A stretch of 64,000 nt of DNA from an uncultured Methylomirabilota bacterium (GTDB lineage: Bacteria > Methylomirabilota > Methylomirabilia > Methylomirabilales > 2-02-FULL-66-22), in contig CAWJSJ010000001.1 of the NCBI GenBank assembly GCA_963845565.1, forward strand, positions 800,001 to 864,000. The letters are read 5' to 3'. The first letter of the stretch is position 1. The number at the start of each line of letters is the position of its first letter. The translations under genes and the position numbers were made by a program. This document shows, one piece after another, positions 28,669 to 37,915 of this stretch. The notes beneath the pieces are model-generated. The model ran no database searches. It was given only the letters and a program-made list of their open reading frames with translations, and had not been told where the DNA came from.

Positions 28669-30234
28669 CTAGATCCGAATATCGACCCGTGTGCTGGCGG
28701 GTGGTTCCGGGATCGGAATCGGTTCCGTCCGGTTCACGCTCTCGACCGGTGGTCCCTCGACCGTCGGGCTCTCCGGCGCCAGATGCCGGTGATGCGACCG
28801 CGCGTCCGAATCCATTCGCAGGTTGACCGAAAGTCGATCGAGGGGAATCCCGTGCTCCTGCAACGCGGTCCGCAGGGCGGGTGCGCCGCTTTCCAGGGCG
28901 TCCCGGGCGGCGGGCGTGGCGGCTTCCAGGCGTGCGCTGAGCGTGCCGCCCTCCCAGCGAACCTGTACGCGCACCTCGCCGAGCGATTCGGGATAAAGCC
29001 GCAGGTGCACCTCCATGCCGCCGCGCGCGAGAGATGCGCGTGCCGCACTCACCACGCGCTCCACGTTCGCCTCGGGAAGCGCGTCCGCGGCCGCATCGAG
29101 TCGTGCGACCATGCGTGGGGCCGCGACACTCCGGGCCGCTGCGGCATCGTCCGCGCGGTCCGCGACTTTCGGCGCTTCGCGCCGTGCCGTCGTGGGCGGT
29201 TGGCGCGGCTCCTCCTGGTCTCGGGACGAATCGCGGGGTGTCTCCTGGCGCTCAATGGCCGGAAGGGGCGTACCGGCGGGGCCCTCGGCCATCCGCCCCG
29301 AGGAGCCGCCATCAGGCCGCTCCATGGTCGGCGTAAGAACATCGTCGTGCCGGACGTCGACTCGGGACATGGGCGGGGCAGCATTTCGAGGCGTTTCACC
29401 GCCGCTGTCGGTCGCCGCGCTCCCCTGCGACACGGTCACGACCGACTCGTCGGAAGGCGTCGCGTCTCGCCGAATGGTCCCGGTCACCGCCGCCGTGTCC
29501 GGTGGTCGTCGCGGGCCCTCAGGCAGGTCGGTGGAACGGATCGGGTCCGCCGCTTCCTTGGCGCCGCGCGGCTTCTCCACCGTTACCGCAAGCGGATCGC
29601 CGGTTGTCCACGGGAGTGTCTCCGCGCGGATCGCGTCGTCTGGCGCAGCCGGTTGGACCGCGGGCGAGCCCGGAGTCTCCGCGCGGCGCTCCCCCTCCGG
29701 CCGCGCGGGCTCGGGTAGGGATTCTCCCTCGACCGCCGGTTGGCCCGCCGCCTGGGTTTCTGGTACGGGCCGAGGCAGGGTCTCGCTCCGATCCGCCACG
29801 GGGGTTCGGACCGTCTCCCGACCCGTCGTCCCCCATTCGACCCCCTCTGTCAGGCCACCGGTGCACGACACCATCCCTGCCGGTGGAACCGGCACTGCGG
29901 GACTGGTGGGCGGCACAGCCATGGCCGCCAAGAGGAACTGGAGTGCCACCAGATTGTTCTCGTACTCCGGTGGCGGTGCAGGTGCGGGGAAGCGCTCCGG
30001 TGGTTGCATCGCCTCGGCCCCCTCGAGACTCTCGGGCGCGTCCGGGGCATCGCCAATCCGGGGAGACGACGCCTCCGCGCACGGGACCGCCGCGGTCGCG
30101 ATCAGGAGCGAGAGGAGATCCACGAACGCTCCGCCCGGGGCGCCCTCTCCGGGAGGAACCGCCGGTGCGAGTCCATTTGCGCTCTGCTCCAGCGCATTGC
30201 CTAGTGCCGGTTGCGGTGCGAGCACGGGCATCAT
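28669..30234 (-). CDS. fliK: Hook-length control protein FliK
   Basis: Long Pro/Ala-rich N-terminus; C-domain LRLYPESLGEVRVQV...LRTALQEHGI. Confidence 0.88.
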   Translation of the reverse strand: MMPVLAPQPALGNALEQSANGLAPAVPPGEGAPGGAFVDLLSLLIATAAVPCAEASSPRIGDAPDAPESLEGAEAMQPPERFPAPAPPPEYENNLVALQFLLAAMAVPPTSPAVPVPPAGMVSCTGGLTEGVEWGTTGRETVRTPVADRSETLPRPVPETQAAGQPAVEGESLPEPARPEGERRAETPGSPAVQPAAPDDAIRAETLPWTTGDPLAVTVEKPRGAKEAADPIRSTDLPEGPRRPPDTAAVTGTIRRDATPSDESVVTVSQGSAATDSGGETPRNAAPPMSRVDVRHDDVLTPTMERPDGGSSGRMAEGPAGTPLPAIERQETPRDSSRDQEEPRQPPTTARREAPKVADRADDAAAARSVAAPRMVARLDAAADALPEANVERVVSAARASLARGGMEVHLRLYPESLGEVRVQVRWEGGTLSARLEAATPAARDALESGAPALRTALQEHGIPLDRLSVNLRMDSDARSHHRHLAPESPTVEGPPVESVNRTEPIPIPEPPASTRVDIRI

Positions 30235-30761
30235 GTTGTCGATTTTCCTCCAGGGTGCCCCAGAAGACGCGTCAGCTCCGCGGCGGCCGCAGGGGTCATC
30301 GCGGCCAGGATCTTGGCGGCGTGACGGGGGTTGATCTCTGCCAGCACCTGCGCAGCGAACGGTCGTTCCAGCTTTTCGAGGACGCCGGCCGCCTCCTTCG
30401 CCCGCATGCCTTCATACATTCGGGAGAGTCGCTTGACAGGCGCACCGGCGTCGGCCCCCGCTTCGGTCGCGCCGCCCGCGGGTTGTGCCGCTGCCTGGCG
30501 CGCCGGCGGGGTTGCCGGCGGTTCGCTCGGCTCGGCTGACGGCGTCGAATCAATCGCCGACTCCATCGGCGCGCGAGCCGTCGCGCCCGCGCCAGGCCCC
30601 TTGGCGCCGCTTTCTGTCTCGTGCTTTTTTTTCGGGTCCTCCTTTCCTGCTCCCGAGAAGCGCGGGAGGATTCCCTGCTGAAACACGCCGGTTACCAAGA
30701 GCGCCACCACGAGCATCCCGGCGAAGAACCCGCTGTACAATCCGATCGTCTTGACGGACAT
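30231..30761 (-). CDS. MotE/FlbB-like protein (MgtE N-terminal-like domain)
   Basis: N-terminal TM; RLSRMYEGMRAKEAAGVLEKL...AAKILAAM; located between fliJ and fliK. Confidence 0.8.
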   Translation of the reverse strand: MSVKTIGLYSGFFAGMLVVALLVTGVFQQGILPRFSGAGKEDPKKKHETESGAKGPGAGATARAPMESAIDSTPSAEPSEPPATPPARQAAAQPAGGATEAGADAGAPVKRLSRMYEGMRAKEAAGVLEKLERPFAAQVLAEINPRHAAKILAAMTPAAAAELTRLLGHPGGKSTT

Positions 30762-30764
30762 CGG

Positions 30765-31223
30765 CTACTCTCCGTTCTCGCTGCGGCGCCGGTTATGCCG
30801 CGCACCCGCTACCTCGTCCATGGCGACCTGCATTTCGTGCGCCTCCGCCTCACGGTATCGTACCCATGCGTCCTCGCGGAGGTGCGACACGACCTCACGG
30901 GCCCGACGGCGTTCCCGCAATTCCTCGCGCCGCTCCTGGGCCCGCAGCGTGGCTTCGGTGCGTTTCCGACGCAGTGCGGCCTCCCGCCCCTTGAGCGCCC
31001 CCGTAAACCGTGCATGCAAGAGGAACTCAGTTCCGTTCATGTGATCCGCCAGTTGGTTGCCCATCGCGTCCGCTTCCCGTAACAGCTGATCGCGCACGTG
31101 CGTCAGATCGGCGCCGATCTTCCGCTCCTGTTCGCATGCTCCCGCCAAGGACCGCTCTGCGGCCTCCTCGTGCAAGCGCCGCTGCCACAGCAGTCGCTCC
31201 AACGAAAACCGAAACGTCTTCAT
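30765..31223 (-). CDS. fliJ: Flagellar export protein FliJ
   Basis: MKTFRFSLERLL; coiled coil; EMQVAMDE; follows fliI. Confidence 0.88.
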   Translation of the reverse strand: MKTFRFSLERLLWQRRLHEEAAERSLAGACEQERKIGADLTHVRDQLLREADAMGNQLADHMNGTEFLLHARFTGALKGREAALRRKRTEATLRAQERREELRERRRAREVVSHLREDAWVRYREAEAHEMQVAMDEVAGARHNRRRSENGE

Positions 31224-31273
31224 CGCGTGTCCTGCCTGCCGTCGTCATCGCCGATTCGCGTTCTCAGCCCGCC

Positions 31274-32626
31274 TTACGTATTCCCCCGTTTCGATTGGGC
31301 GCCGCCGGGTTTGTCAGTCGCCCGCCATAGCGCTTCGAGGTCGGCCACCGTCTGGGTGAACGGGCTGCATTCGTCGACCCTCTGCCTCAAGAATCCCTGG
31401 ATGGCAGGCAGGTGCGCCAGGGCCCAGTCCGCCTTCTGGTCGCTGCCTGCGACGTAGGCCCCGATGCGGACCAGGTCTTCGACCTCGCGCGCCACACCGA
31501 GAGCCTCGCGGACCCGTCCCGCAGCCGCATGGTGACTGGCCGACGTGACCTGTGGCATCACGCGGCTGACGCTGGTCAGCACGTCCACCGGGGGATACTG
31601 GCCCCGATCCGCCAGCGCCCGTGACAGCACGATGTGTCCGTCCAGAATGGCGCGCGCGGCGTCGGCGACCGGTTCGTTCATGTCGTCCCCTTCCACCAGC
31701 ACCGTATAGAGCGCCGTGATCGACCCCTCGCCCGAACCGGGCCCCGCGCGCTCCAGCAATTGGGGAAGCAAGGCGAAGGCCGAGGGCGGGTAGCCCCTCG
31801 TGGTTGGAGGCTCGCCGGCGGCCAGCCCGATCTCGCGCTGCGCCATGGCGAACCGCGTAAGTGAGTCCACCATCAAGAGCACGGACCGGCCCTGATCCCG
31901 AAAGTATTCGCCGACGCCCGTGGCCAGCATGGCTGCTTGCCGCCGCAGCAGCGCGGGCGTGTCCGAGGTGGCTACCACCACAACCGATCGGGCGAGTCCC
32001 ACCGGTCCCAGGTCGCGCTGGATGAACTCTTGGACCTCACGACCGCGCTCCCCCACCAGACCGATGACATTCACGTCGGCCTCGGTGGATCGGGCAATCA
32101 TCCCGAGGAGCGTGCTCTTGCCCACTCCGCTTCCCGCGAAGATGCCCAAACGCTGTCCCCGCCCGCAGGTGAGCACGCCGTCGAGGACGCGGACGCCGGT
32201 GGCCAAGGGTGTGCGGATTGGCTGTCGACTCATGGCGGGCGGCGGCTGGCGAAGCACGCCCACGTCGGACCCTGCGCTCAGCTCCCCTCGTCCGTCGAGG
32301 GGCTCTCCCAGTGGACCGATCACCCGGCCCAGCAGCGCGTCGCCCATCCGGACGCGTACGGGTTGTCCGGTGGTCCGGATCCGGTCGCCGGGCGCCACAC
32401 CCGTCAGGTCGCCCAACGGCATCAAGAGTGCCCGGGTCTCATTGAACCCGACCACCTCGGCCAGCAGCGGCGGCCCCGCCCGCCGTGCGATGCGGCACAA
32501 CTCCCCCACCGGTGCGGTAACACCGCGCGCCTCGACCGTGAGGCCGGTCACGCGGGTGACCCGGCCCGCAACCACCATGAGGGGCCGATCGCCGAGCCGC
32601 GCCGCGAATGTGTCACGCTCTACCAC
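31274..32626 (-). CDS. fliI: Flagellum-specific ATPase FliI
   Basis: GTG 32626 overlapping the fliH end; GIFAGSGVGKS, GERGRE, DSLTR, GEPPTTRGYPPS, DGHIVLSR. Confidence 0.97.
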   Translation of the reverse strand: MVERDTFAARLGDRPLMVVAGRVTRVTGLTVEARGVTAPVGELCRIARRAGPPLLAEVVGFNETRALLMPLGDLTGVAPGDRIRTTGQPVRVRMGDALLGRVIGPLGEPLDGRGELSAGSDVGVLRQPPPAMSRQPIRTPLATGVRVLDGVLTCGRGQRLGIFAGSGVGKSTLLGMIARSTEADVNVIGLVGERGREVQEFIQRDLGPVGLARSVVVVATSDTPALLRRQAAMLATGVGEYFRDQGRSVLLMVDSLTRFAMAQREIGLAAGEPPTTRGYPPSAFALLPQLLERAGPGSGEGSITALYTVLVEGDDMNEPVADAARAILDGHIVLSRALADRGQYPPVDVLTSVSRVMPQVTSASHHAAAGRVREALGVAREVEDLVRIGAYVAGSDQKADWALAHLPAIQGFLRQRVDECSPFTQTVADLEALWRATDKPGGAQSKRGNT

Positions 32627-33288
32627 GGGTGCTCCCGCAACCGCCGCCGGGCTTCCTCCAATTGCGCCGGAAACGTCGCATCCACCATGGAGTGCGGAGT
32701 CTCCACCACGCATCCTCCCGCTGGCACCGCCGGATCGCCCACGATCCGGAGATGCTCCGCTTCCGGGGCCGCATCCTGCAGCGCGTCACGATGGGCGTGG
32801 AGCAACGCGACCGCTTCGGGGTGGATCCGGATCGCGACGTCCCCCGGCGTGGGGAGCAGCGCCAGCGCCCCTCGTACGATCGTGAGGATCGCGTTCGGAT
32901 CCCGCGCGATCTCGACCTGTAGGATACGCTCCGCGACCGCGAGGGCGAGGCTGACCACCATGTCGTCCGCCTGCAACCGGAATTCCGTTTCAAGTGCCTT
33001 CAGACGTTCGGCGGCTCTCGACACACTCTGGGTTAAGTCACGCAATCCGTTCTGCGCCTCGGCAATCGCCTCGGCCCGCCCCTGCACCAGCCCTTCACGG
33101 TGTCCGGCCTCCATGAGCGCCGATGCCTTGTGTCGGGCGGCTTCCATCAACGCCTGCGCCTGGCGCTCGACCCGCTCTAATGTGGCGTGCGCGCCCGCCG
33201 CCGCCTCTCCCGGTGTCGTGGCGCGCCGGGTGAGTTCCGGGAAGATCGCCGGGGTCGTGTGAAGGGCTTGCCACAGAACGTTGCTCAT
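32620..33288 (-). CDS. fliH: Flagellar assembly protein FliH
   Basis: GxxxG repeats (AGHREGLVQGR); IRIHP; GGCVVET. Confidence 0.92.
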   Translation of the reverse strand: MSNVLWQALHTTPAIFPELTRRATTPGEAAAGAHATLERVERQAQALMEAARHKASALMEAGHREGLVQGRAEAIAEAQNGLRDLTQSVSRAAERLKALETEFRLQADDMVVSLALAVAERILQVEIARDPNAILTIVRGALALLPTPGDVAIRIHPEAVALLHAHRDALQDAAPEAEHLRIVGDPAVPAGGCVVETPHSMVDATFPAQLEEARRRLREHPW

Positions 33289-33309
33289 GTCACTCCGCAT
33301 CCGGCGGGG

Positions 33310-34344
33310 TCAGACTACGATATCGTCCTGGCCACCGCGGCCCTGGACGATGATTTCTCCGGACTCCTCCAGCCGCCTCACCACTTCCACGATGCGCCGT
33401 TGCGACTCCTCCACATCCCGCAAACGCACCGGCCCCAGATACCCGATCTCCTCCTTCAGAAGGCCCGCCGCACGCTCGGACATATTCTTGAATATTTTGC
33501 CGCTCACCTCCGTGCCGGACGCCTTCAGCGCCAGGGCCAGGTCGCGCTGGTCGATTTCCTTTAAGATGCGTTGGACGCCACGGTCATCCACGCTGACGAT
33601 GTCCTCGAACGTGAACATCAATCGTCGGACACTCTCGGCCAATTCCCCGTCCTGTTCTTGTAGCGTCCCCAGGAGTGACCGTTCCGTGCTCCGGTCCAGT
33701 CGGTTCATGATCTCGGCCACGGACTTCACCCCTCCCGAGATGGAGACCTCCTGCGTGAAGAGCGAGGACAGACGATTTTCGAGGATCGTTTCGATCTGCT
33801 TGATGACCTCCGGGTTCGTCTTGTCCATCGTGGCGATCCGCAGGACGACGTCCGACTGCAAATCGGACGCAAGCTCCGAGAGGATCTGAGCGGCCTGCTT
33901 CGGATCCATGTTGGAGAGGATCAGCGCGATCGTCTGCGGGTGTTCACGTCGGATGAAGTCCAACAGGTTCTTCGGGTCGACTTTCTTGACGATCTCGAAG
34001 GCGGCCGGCTGCAGCTGCCCCTTGAGCCGTTCCAGGATTTCCCGCGCGCGCTTTGGTCCCAGGGCCCGTTCCAGCACCTCGGATGCATAGCTCAGTCCGC
34101 CCTGTGCGATGTACTCCTGCGCCAGGGCCATCTGCTGGAACTCCTCCAGGATGTCTCCCGTGGTGTCCGCCGCCACGTTGGGCAATCGACTGATCTCGGT
34201 GGTGAGTTCTTCGATCTCGTCATCGTTCATGGTCTTGAAGATCTTCGCAGAGATCTCCGCCCCCAGACTGATCAGAAGAACCGCCGCCTTCTGCGTCCCG
34301 CTCAACTGGTCGGTGCTGAGTTTCAGCGTGGCGGTCATCGTCAT
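33310..34344 (-). CDS. fliG: Flagellar motor switch protein FliG
   Basis: QKAAVLL, EHPQTIAL, MFTFED, GPVRLRDVE. Confidence 0.98.
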   Translation of the reverse strand: MTMTATLKLSTDQLSGTQKAAVLLISLGAEISAKIFKTMNDDEIEELTTEISRLPNVAADTTGDILEEFQQMALAQEYIAQGGLSYASEVLERALGPKRAREILERLKGQLQPAAFEIVKKVDPKNLLDFIRREHPQTIALILSNMDPKQAAQILSELASDLQSDVVLRIATMDKTNPEVIKQIETILENRLSSLFTQEVSISGGVKSVAEIMNRLDRSTERSLLGTLQEQDGELAESVRRLMFTFEDIVSVDDRGVQRILKEIDQRDLALALKASGTEVSGKIFKNMSERAAGLLKEEIGYLGPVRLRDVEESQRRIVEVVRRLEESGEIIVQGRGGQDDIVV

Positions 34345-34354
34345 TGGGCCTTTC

Positions 34355-35992
34355 CTAGGTCCGCTTTCGAAGCATCCAGGTTCGGATGAGCTGCGCCATC
34401 TGCTCTGGGTTCGATGAGGCGATGCCCACGACCCGGCTCTGCAGTTCCTCCCGTTCGCGCCCCTTGAGGATCTGCGCCGGATTCAACGCCGCCGCCGCCT
34501 TGGCGGCCAGTTGCGCCTCGATGGCGGCGCCCGTGAGCGCCGGCTCGGTGAAGTCCAGCCGACCACCCACCGACGGACGTCGGCGTAACAGATTGGCGAC
34601 CAACGGTCGCAGGCCGAACAGGCCCACCAGCACCACCGCCAGCCAGATGGCAACCTGCCGCCCTGCCGACCACCAGAAGCTCACGCGTTCCGCGCGCTCC
34701 GCCACCACGCGCTCGCGTTCGACCACTGAGGTGTCGAACGCCAACTCGGCGACCTCCACCTCGTCGCCGCGGGCCGCGTTGAAGCCGACGGCACGCATCA
34801 CGATGGATCGGATCTTCTCCAGCTCCTCTTTGCGACGTGGTATGGGAGTTTTCTGGTCCGTCCCATCGGGTCCCGGGGTGAGCTTGTACGGCGGATCCAC
34901 GAGGACGGCAACGGAGAGCCGCTTCACCTCACCGGCAACCAGCGTGCGGCGCTCGACGACACGTCCCACCTCGTATTGAATCGACTCCTGCTCCTTCGCC
35001 GTCTCGTTGCTCGACGTCGTGCCCGCGGTGTTGCCCGGCGCTGCGCCGATGTTGCTGGCAGTTCCGACGAATCCGCTGGGCCGCGCCGAGGCCCCCTTGC
35101 TCGACTCGCTGCTTCGCTGCTCGCTCTTGACGACCGTGTTGGGGTCCACGCGTTCCTCGGTTCGCTCCCCGTGCGAGAACTCGACCTGGGCCGAGACCCG
35201 GACACTCGCCTTGGCGACCCCTAGCACTTCGTCCAGCATTCCCTGCACCCGGCGCATGAGCTCCGTCTCGACCGTGGCCTGGTAATCGAGCTGGCTGGCG
35301 GTGCCCGCGCCGAGCGTGCGGTCCGTCCGCTGGGACAGCATCCGGCCGGCGGAATCGATCACGGTCACATGATCCGCCTGGAGGCCCTCGACGCTTCCGG
35401 AGACGAGGTGGATGACCCCTCGCACCTGTTCCGGGCTCAACCGGGCCCCGGGCCGAAGCCCGATCACCACGGACGCCGTGGTGGGTCGCTCACGGTCGCT
35501 GAAGACCGACGGCTGCGGCATCACGATGTGAACCCGCGCTTGCTGCACCTCGCGGATCTGGCCGATGGTGCGCGCCAGTTCCCCCTGAAGCGCCCGCTGG
35601 TAGTTGAGCTTTTGCACAAAGTCCGTGGCCCCGAAACTGGCCCGGTCGAAGAGCTCGAAACCGACTCCGCCGCCCTGCGGGAGACCTGCGGTCGCCAGCT
35701 TGATGCGGGTCTCGTGGACCAACCCGGCCGGAACCAGGATCCGCGTCCCCCCATCCTCCAACTGATAAGTGATCTTTCCAGCCTTGAGCTGCTCGATGAC
35801 CTGCCCCGCATCGGCCGGGTTCAGATTCGCATACAAAGTGGTCATATCCGGTCGATGACCCCACACGCCGACCAGGAGCAGGACCGCTACACTCACCCCG
35901 CAGACCCCCAGGAGCGCGATCTGCTGCACGCGAGCGAGACCGTTCCACACCCCCCGAAGTTGCTCGATGGCTCGCTGAATGGATTCCGGCAT
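34355..35992 (-). CDS. fliF: MS-ring protein FliF
   Basis: GFELFD, YQRALQGELARTI, ARVHI, RLSVAVLV, RGDEVEV, two TMs. Confidence 0.97.
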   Translation of the reverse strand: MPESIQRAIEQLRGVWNGLARVQQIALLGVCGVSVAVLLLVGVWGHRPDMTTLYANLNPADAGQVIEQLKAGKITYQLEDGGTRILVPAGLVHETRIKLATAGLPQGGGVGFELFDRASFGATDFVQKLNYQRALQGELARTIGQIREVQQARVHIVMPQPSVFSDRERPTTASVVIGLRPGARLSPEQVRGVIHLVSGSVEGLQADHVTVIDSAGRMLSQRTDRTLGAGTASQLDYQATVETELMRRVQGMLDEVLGVAKASVRVSAQVEFSHGERTEERVDPNTVVKSEQRSSESSKGASARPSGFVGTASNIGAAPGNTAGTTSSNETAKEQESIQYEVGRVVERRTLVAGEVKRLSVAVLVDPPYKLTPGPDGTDQKTPIPRRKEELEKIRSIVMRAVGFNAARGDEVEVAELAFDTSVVERERVVAERAERVSFWWSAGRQVAIWLAVVLVGLFGLRPLVANLLRRRPSVGGRLDFTEPALTGAAIEAQLAAKAAAALNPAQILKGREREELQSRVVGIASSNPEQMAQLIRTWMLRKRT

Positions 35993-36016
35993 TGCCCCTG
36001 AACTCCCGTCGCCGGC

Positions 36017-36313
36017 TTAGAGCGGCGTCCGCAAGACTTCCTGGTACGCCTCCAGGAGTTTGTTGCGAATCTGGAGCGTGAGTTGGAAACCCAGATTCGC
36101 TTTTTCGACCGCGATCAACGTTCCGGCCACATCCCGGGATCGTCCCAGACTGAACTCCTGCACGGACGTATCCGCTACGTGCTGCAACTCGCTCACCTGT
36201 CCGAGCGCCTGACGCAGGGCTTCCCCGAACCCGGCGCCTCCGGTCCGAGCGCCGGGTGCCACCGCCGCTCCAGGCGACGTGATCCCGATTCCCGCAACGC
36301 GCATGTCGCTCAT
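36017..36313 (-). CDS. fliE: Hook-basal body protein FliE
   Basis: EKANLGFQLTLQIRNKLLEAYQEV. Confidence 0.96.
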   Translation of the reverse strand: MSDMRVAGIGITSPGAAVAPGARTGGAGFGEALRQALGQVSELQHVADTSVQEFSLGRSRDVAGTLIAVEKANLGFQLTLQIRNKLLEAYQEVLRTPL

Positions 36314-36400
36314 TCCTTCACGACTCCTTGCCGATAACTCGACTGACCGGCACTCGGCCGCGACGCATTGTGTGCCGTCGCGGCACGGTCCGCTCCCGGT

Positions 36401-36829
36401 TTAACGCCCGATCTCCAGTGCCTTGTTGCTCATACTCTTCGCCGCCTGCACGGCGGTGACGTTTGCCTCGTACGCGCGTGTGGCGGCCAACAGATCCACC
36501 ATTTCCAGCACCGGGTTGATGTTCGGCAGCATCACGAACCCTTCGGCATTGGCGTCGGGATGGGCGGGCTGATGGATCATCCGCAACGGTTCCTGGCTCT
36601 CCTCGATATCCAGGACCTTCACCGATGTCGCCTGGGCGGCGCTCAGCGCCTGACTGAATGGCGCCAAGGGCTCCGCGCCGAAACGGACGAGTTTTCGCCG
36701 ATAGGGGCCGCCGGCTTCCGTCCGGGTGGTTTCGGCGTTGGCGAGGTTCTCGGCCACGACGTTCAGTCGCGTCCGCTGCGCCATCAATCCGGCCGCGCTG
36801 ATATCCAATGCGCCGAAGTCGTTGTCCAT
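36401..36829 (-). CDS. flgC: Basal-body rod protein FlgC
   Basis: ENLANAETT, GGPYRRK, HPDA, EMVDL..ATRAYEAN. Confidence 0.97.
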   Translation of the reverse strand: MDNDFGALDISAAGLMAQRTRLNVVAENLANAETTRTEAGGPYRRKLVRFGAEPLAPFSQALSAAQATSVKVLDIEESQEPLRMIHQPAHPDANAEGFVMLPNINPVLEMVDLLAATRAYEANVTAVQAAKSMSNKALEIGR

Positions 36830-36879
36830 GCCCTGATCTCCTCTGCGCCCACCCCCGCCCGACGCCGCAGTCGCTACCC

Positions 36880-37251
36880 CTATCCCCTATCCCGAATCGC
36901 CGTTCTCATCATCGCGAAGCGCCCGGCCAGGATCTGCAGCATCGCGTTGTGCCACCCGGTGTTCTGCGCGAGCTTCACCATTTGCCGATCAAGATCCACG
37001 GTGCTGCCATCCCGGCGGACCGGCGCGTCCGGCTCCGCGGCAACCGTGGCGCGCGCACCGACGACGGACGGATTCGCCGCCGCTCCCGCCCGCGTCGCGT
37101 CATCCAAGACGGCGGAGAACGTGACGTCCTGCGCCTGATAGTCCGGTGTCTCGGCGTTCGCGAGATTGGCCGCGAGGACCCGGTGCCGGAGAGCCGTTCC
37201 CTGAATCATCTCACCGAGAAGGCGGCTGGTCGGATCAAACAACAGGCTCAT
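36880..37251 (-). CDS. flgB: Basal-body rod protein FlgB
   Basis: ATG 37251; RHRVLAANLANAETPDY; RRDGSTVDLD. Confidence 0.95.
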   Translation of the reverse strand: MSLLFDPTSRLLGEMIQGTALRHRVLAANLANAETPDYQAQDVTFSAVLDDATRAGAAANPSVVGARATVAAEPDAPVRRDGSTVDLDRQMVKLAQNTGWHNAMLQILAGRFAMMRTAIRDRG

Positions 37252-37357
37252 GCTCCCTCTCTCCGAGGTGTGGGCGGCAATCCGGCGCCCCTCGCGCGGC
37301 ATGCTTTGCCGCCCCGACCCACCATCCTACCTGCGGAGGGCAGCAGCGCCGGCGACA

Positions 37358-37723
37358 TCACGTCCCCAGGATCTGGTCGATCTTTTTCTTCAGGGTTGCC
37401 GCGTCGAACGGCTTCACCACGTAGTTGGTCACGCCCGCCTGCATGGCCTGGAGGATATTCTCCTTCTCCGCCATGGTCGTCACCATCAAGACCGGTGTCG
37501 CCTTGAACGCCGCATTCCCGCGCATGGCCGTCACGAACTCGATCCCGTTCATGACGGGCATGTTCCAGTCCGTAATCACGAAGTCCACGCTGTCGGCTTG
37601 GAGGCGTGCCAGCGCCCCCTCCCCGTTCTCGGCCTCCACGGCGTCGTCGAACCCCGCCGCCTTGAGGCTATTTCGGATGATTCGCCGCATGGTCGAGGAA
37701 TCGTCCACCACCAGGAAGCGCAC
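37358..37723 (-). CDS. cheY: Chemotaxis response regulator CheY
   Basis: Probable GTG 37723 after GGAGGGAG (alternative ATG 37744); VVDDSSTMRRI, ITDWNMPVM, LMVTT, YVVKPF. Confidence 0.9.
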   Translation of the reverse strand: MRFLVVDDSSTMRRIIRNSLKAAGFDDAVEAENGEGALARLQADSVDFVITDWNMPVMNGIEFVTAMRGNAAFKATPVLMVTTMAEKENILQAMQAGVTNYVVKPFDAATLKKKIDQILGT

Positions 37724-37774
37724 GGCCTCTCCCTCCTTTTGCATATGTGGTCGCTCGCGGTCACCGTGGCGTTG

Positions 37775-37790
37775 TGCAACCGCGATGCCA
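37775..37790 (-). promoter_or_regulatory. sigma54 promoter of the cheY-flgB...flgE operon
   Basis: TGGCAT-CGCGG-TTGCA, near-consensus -24/-12. Confidence 0.85.
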
Positions 37791-37915
37791 GATGGATCGA
37801 CGGCTGAGGCGCCGACGGAGTGGCGACATCCTGCGGTGTTCTACTGAGGCGCGTGAGGGATGGGGGCCGTCGATGGGTCCAGCGGCGGCAAGAAATTCAC
37901 CGGGCGGGAAGAAAA

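Noticed and set aside
36330..36337. Perfect sigma28 -10 GCCGATAA on the plus strand near fliE (also within the motA 5' end)
   Set aside because: Antisense orientation with no matching -35
37277..37291. GG-N10-GC (GGGCGCCGGATTGC) upstream of flgB
   Set aside because: Poor -24 context; the strong promoter at 37775 already explains the operon
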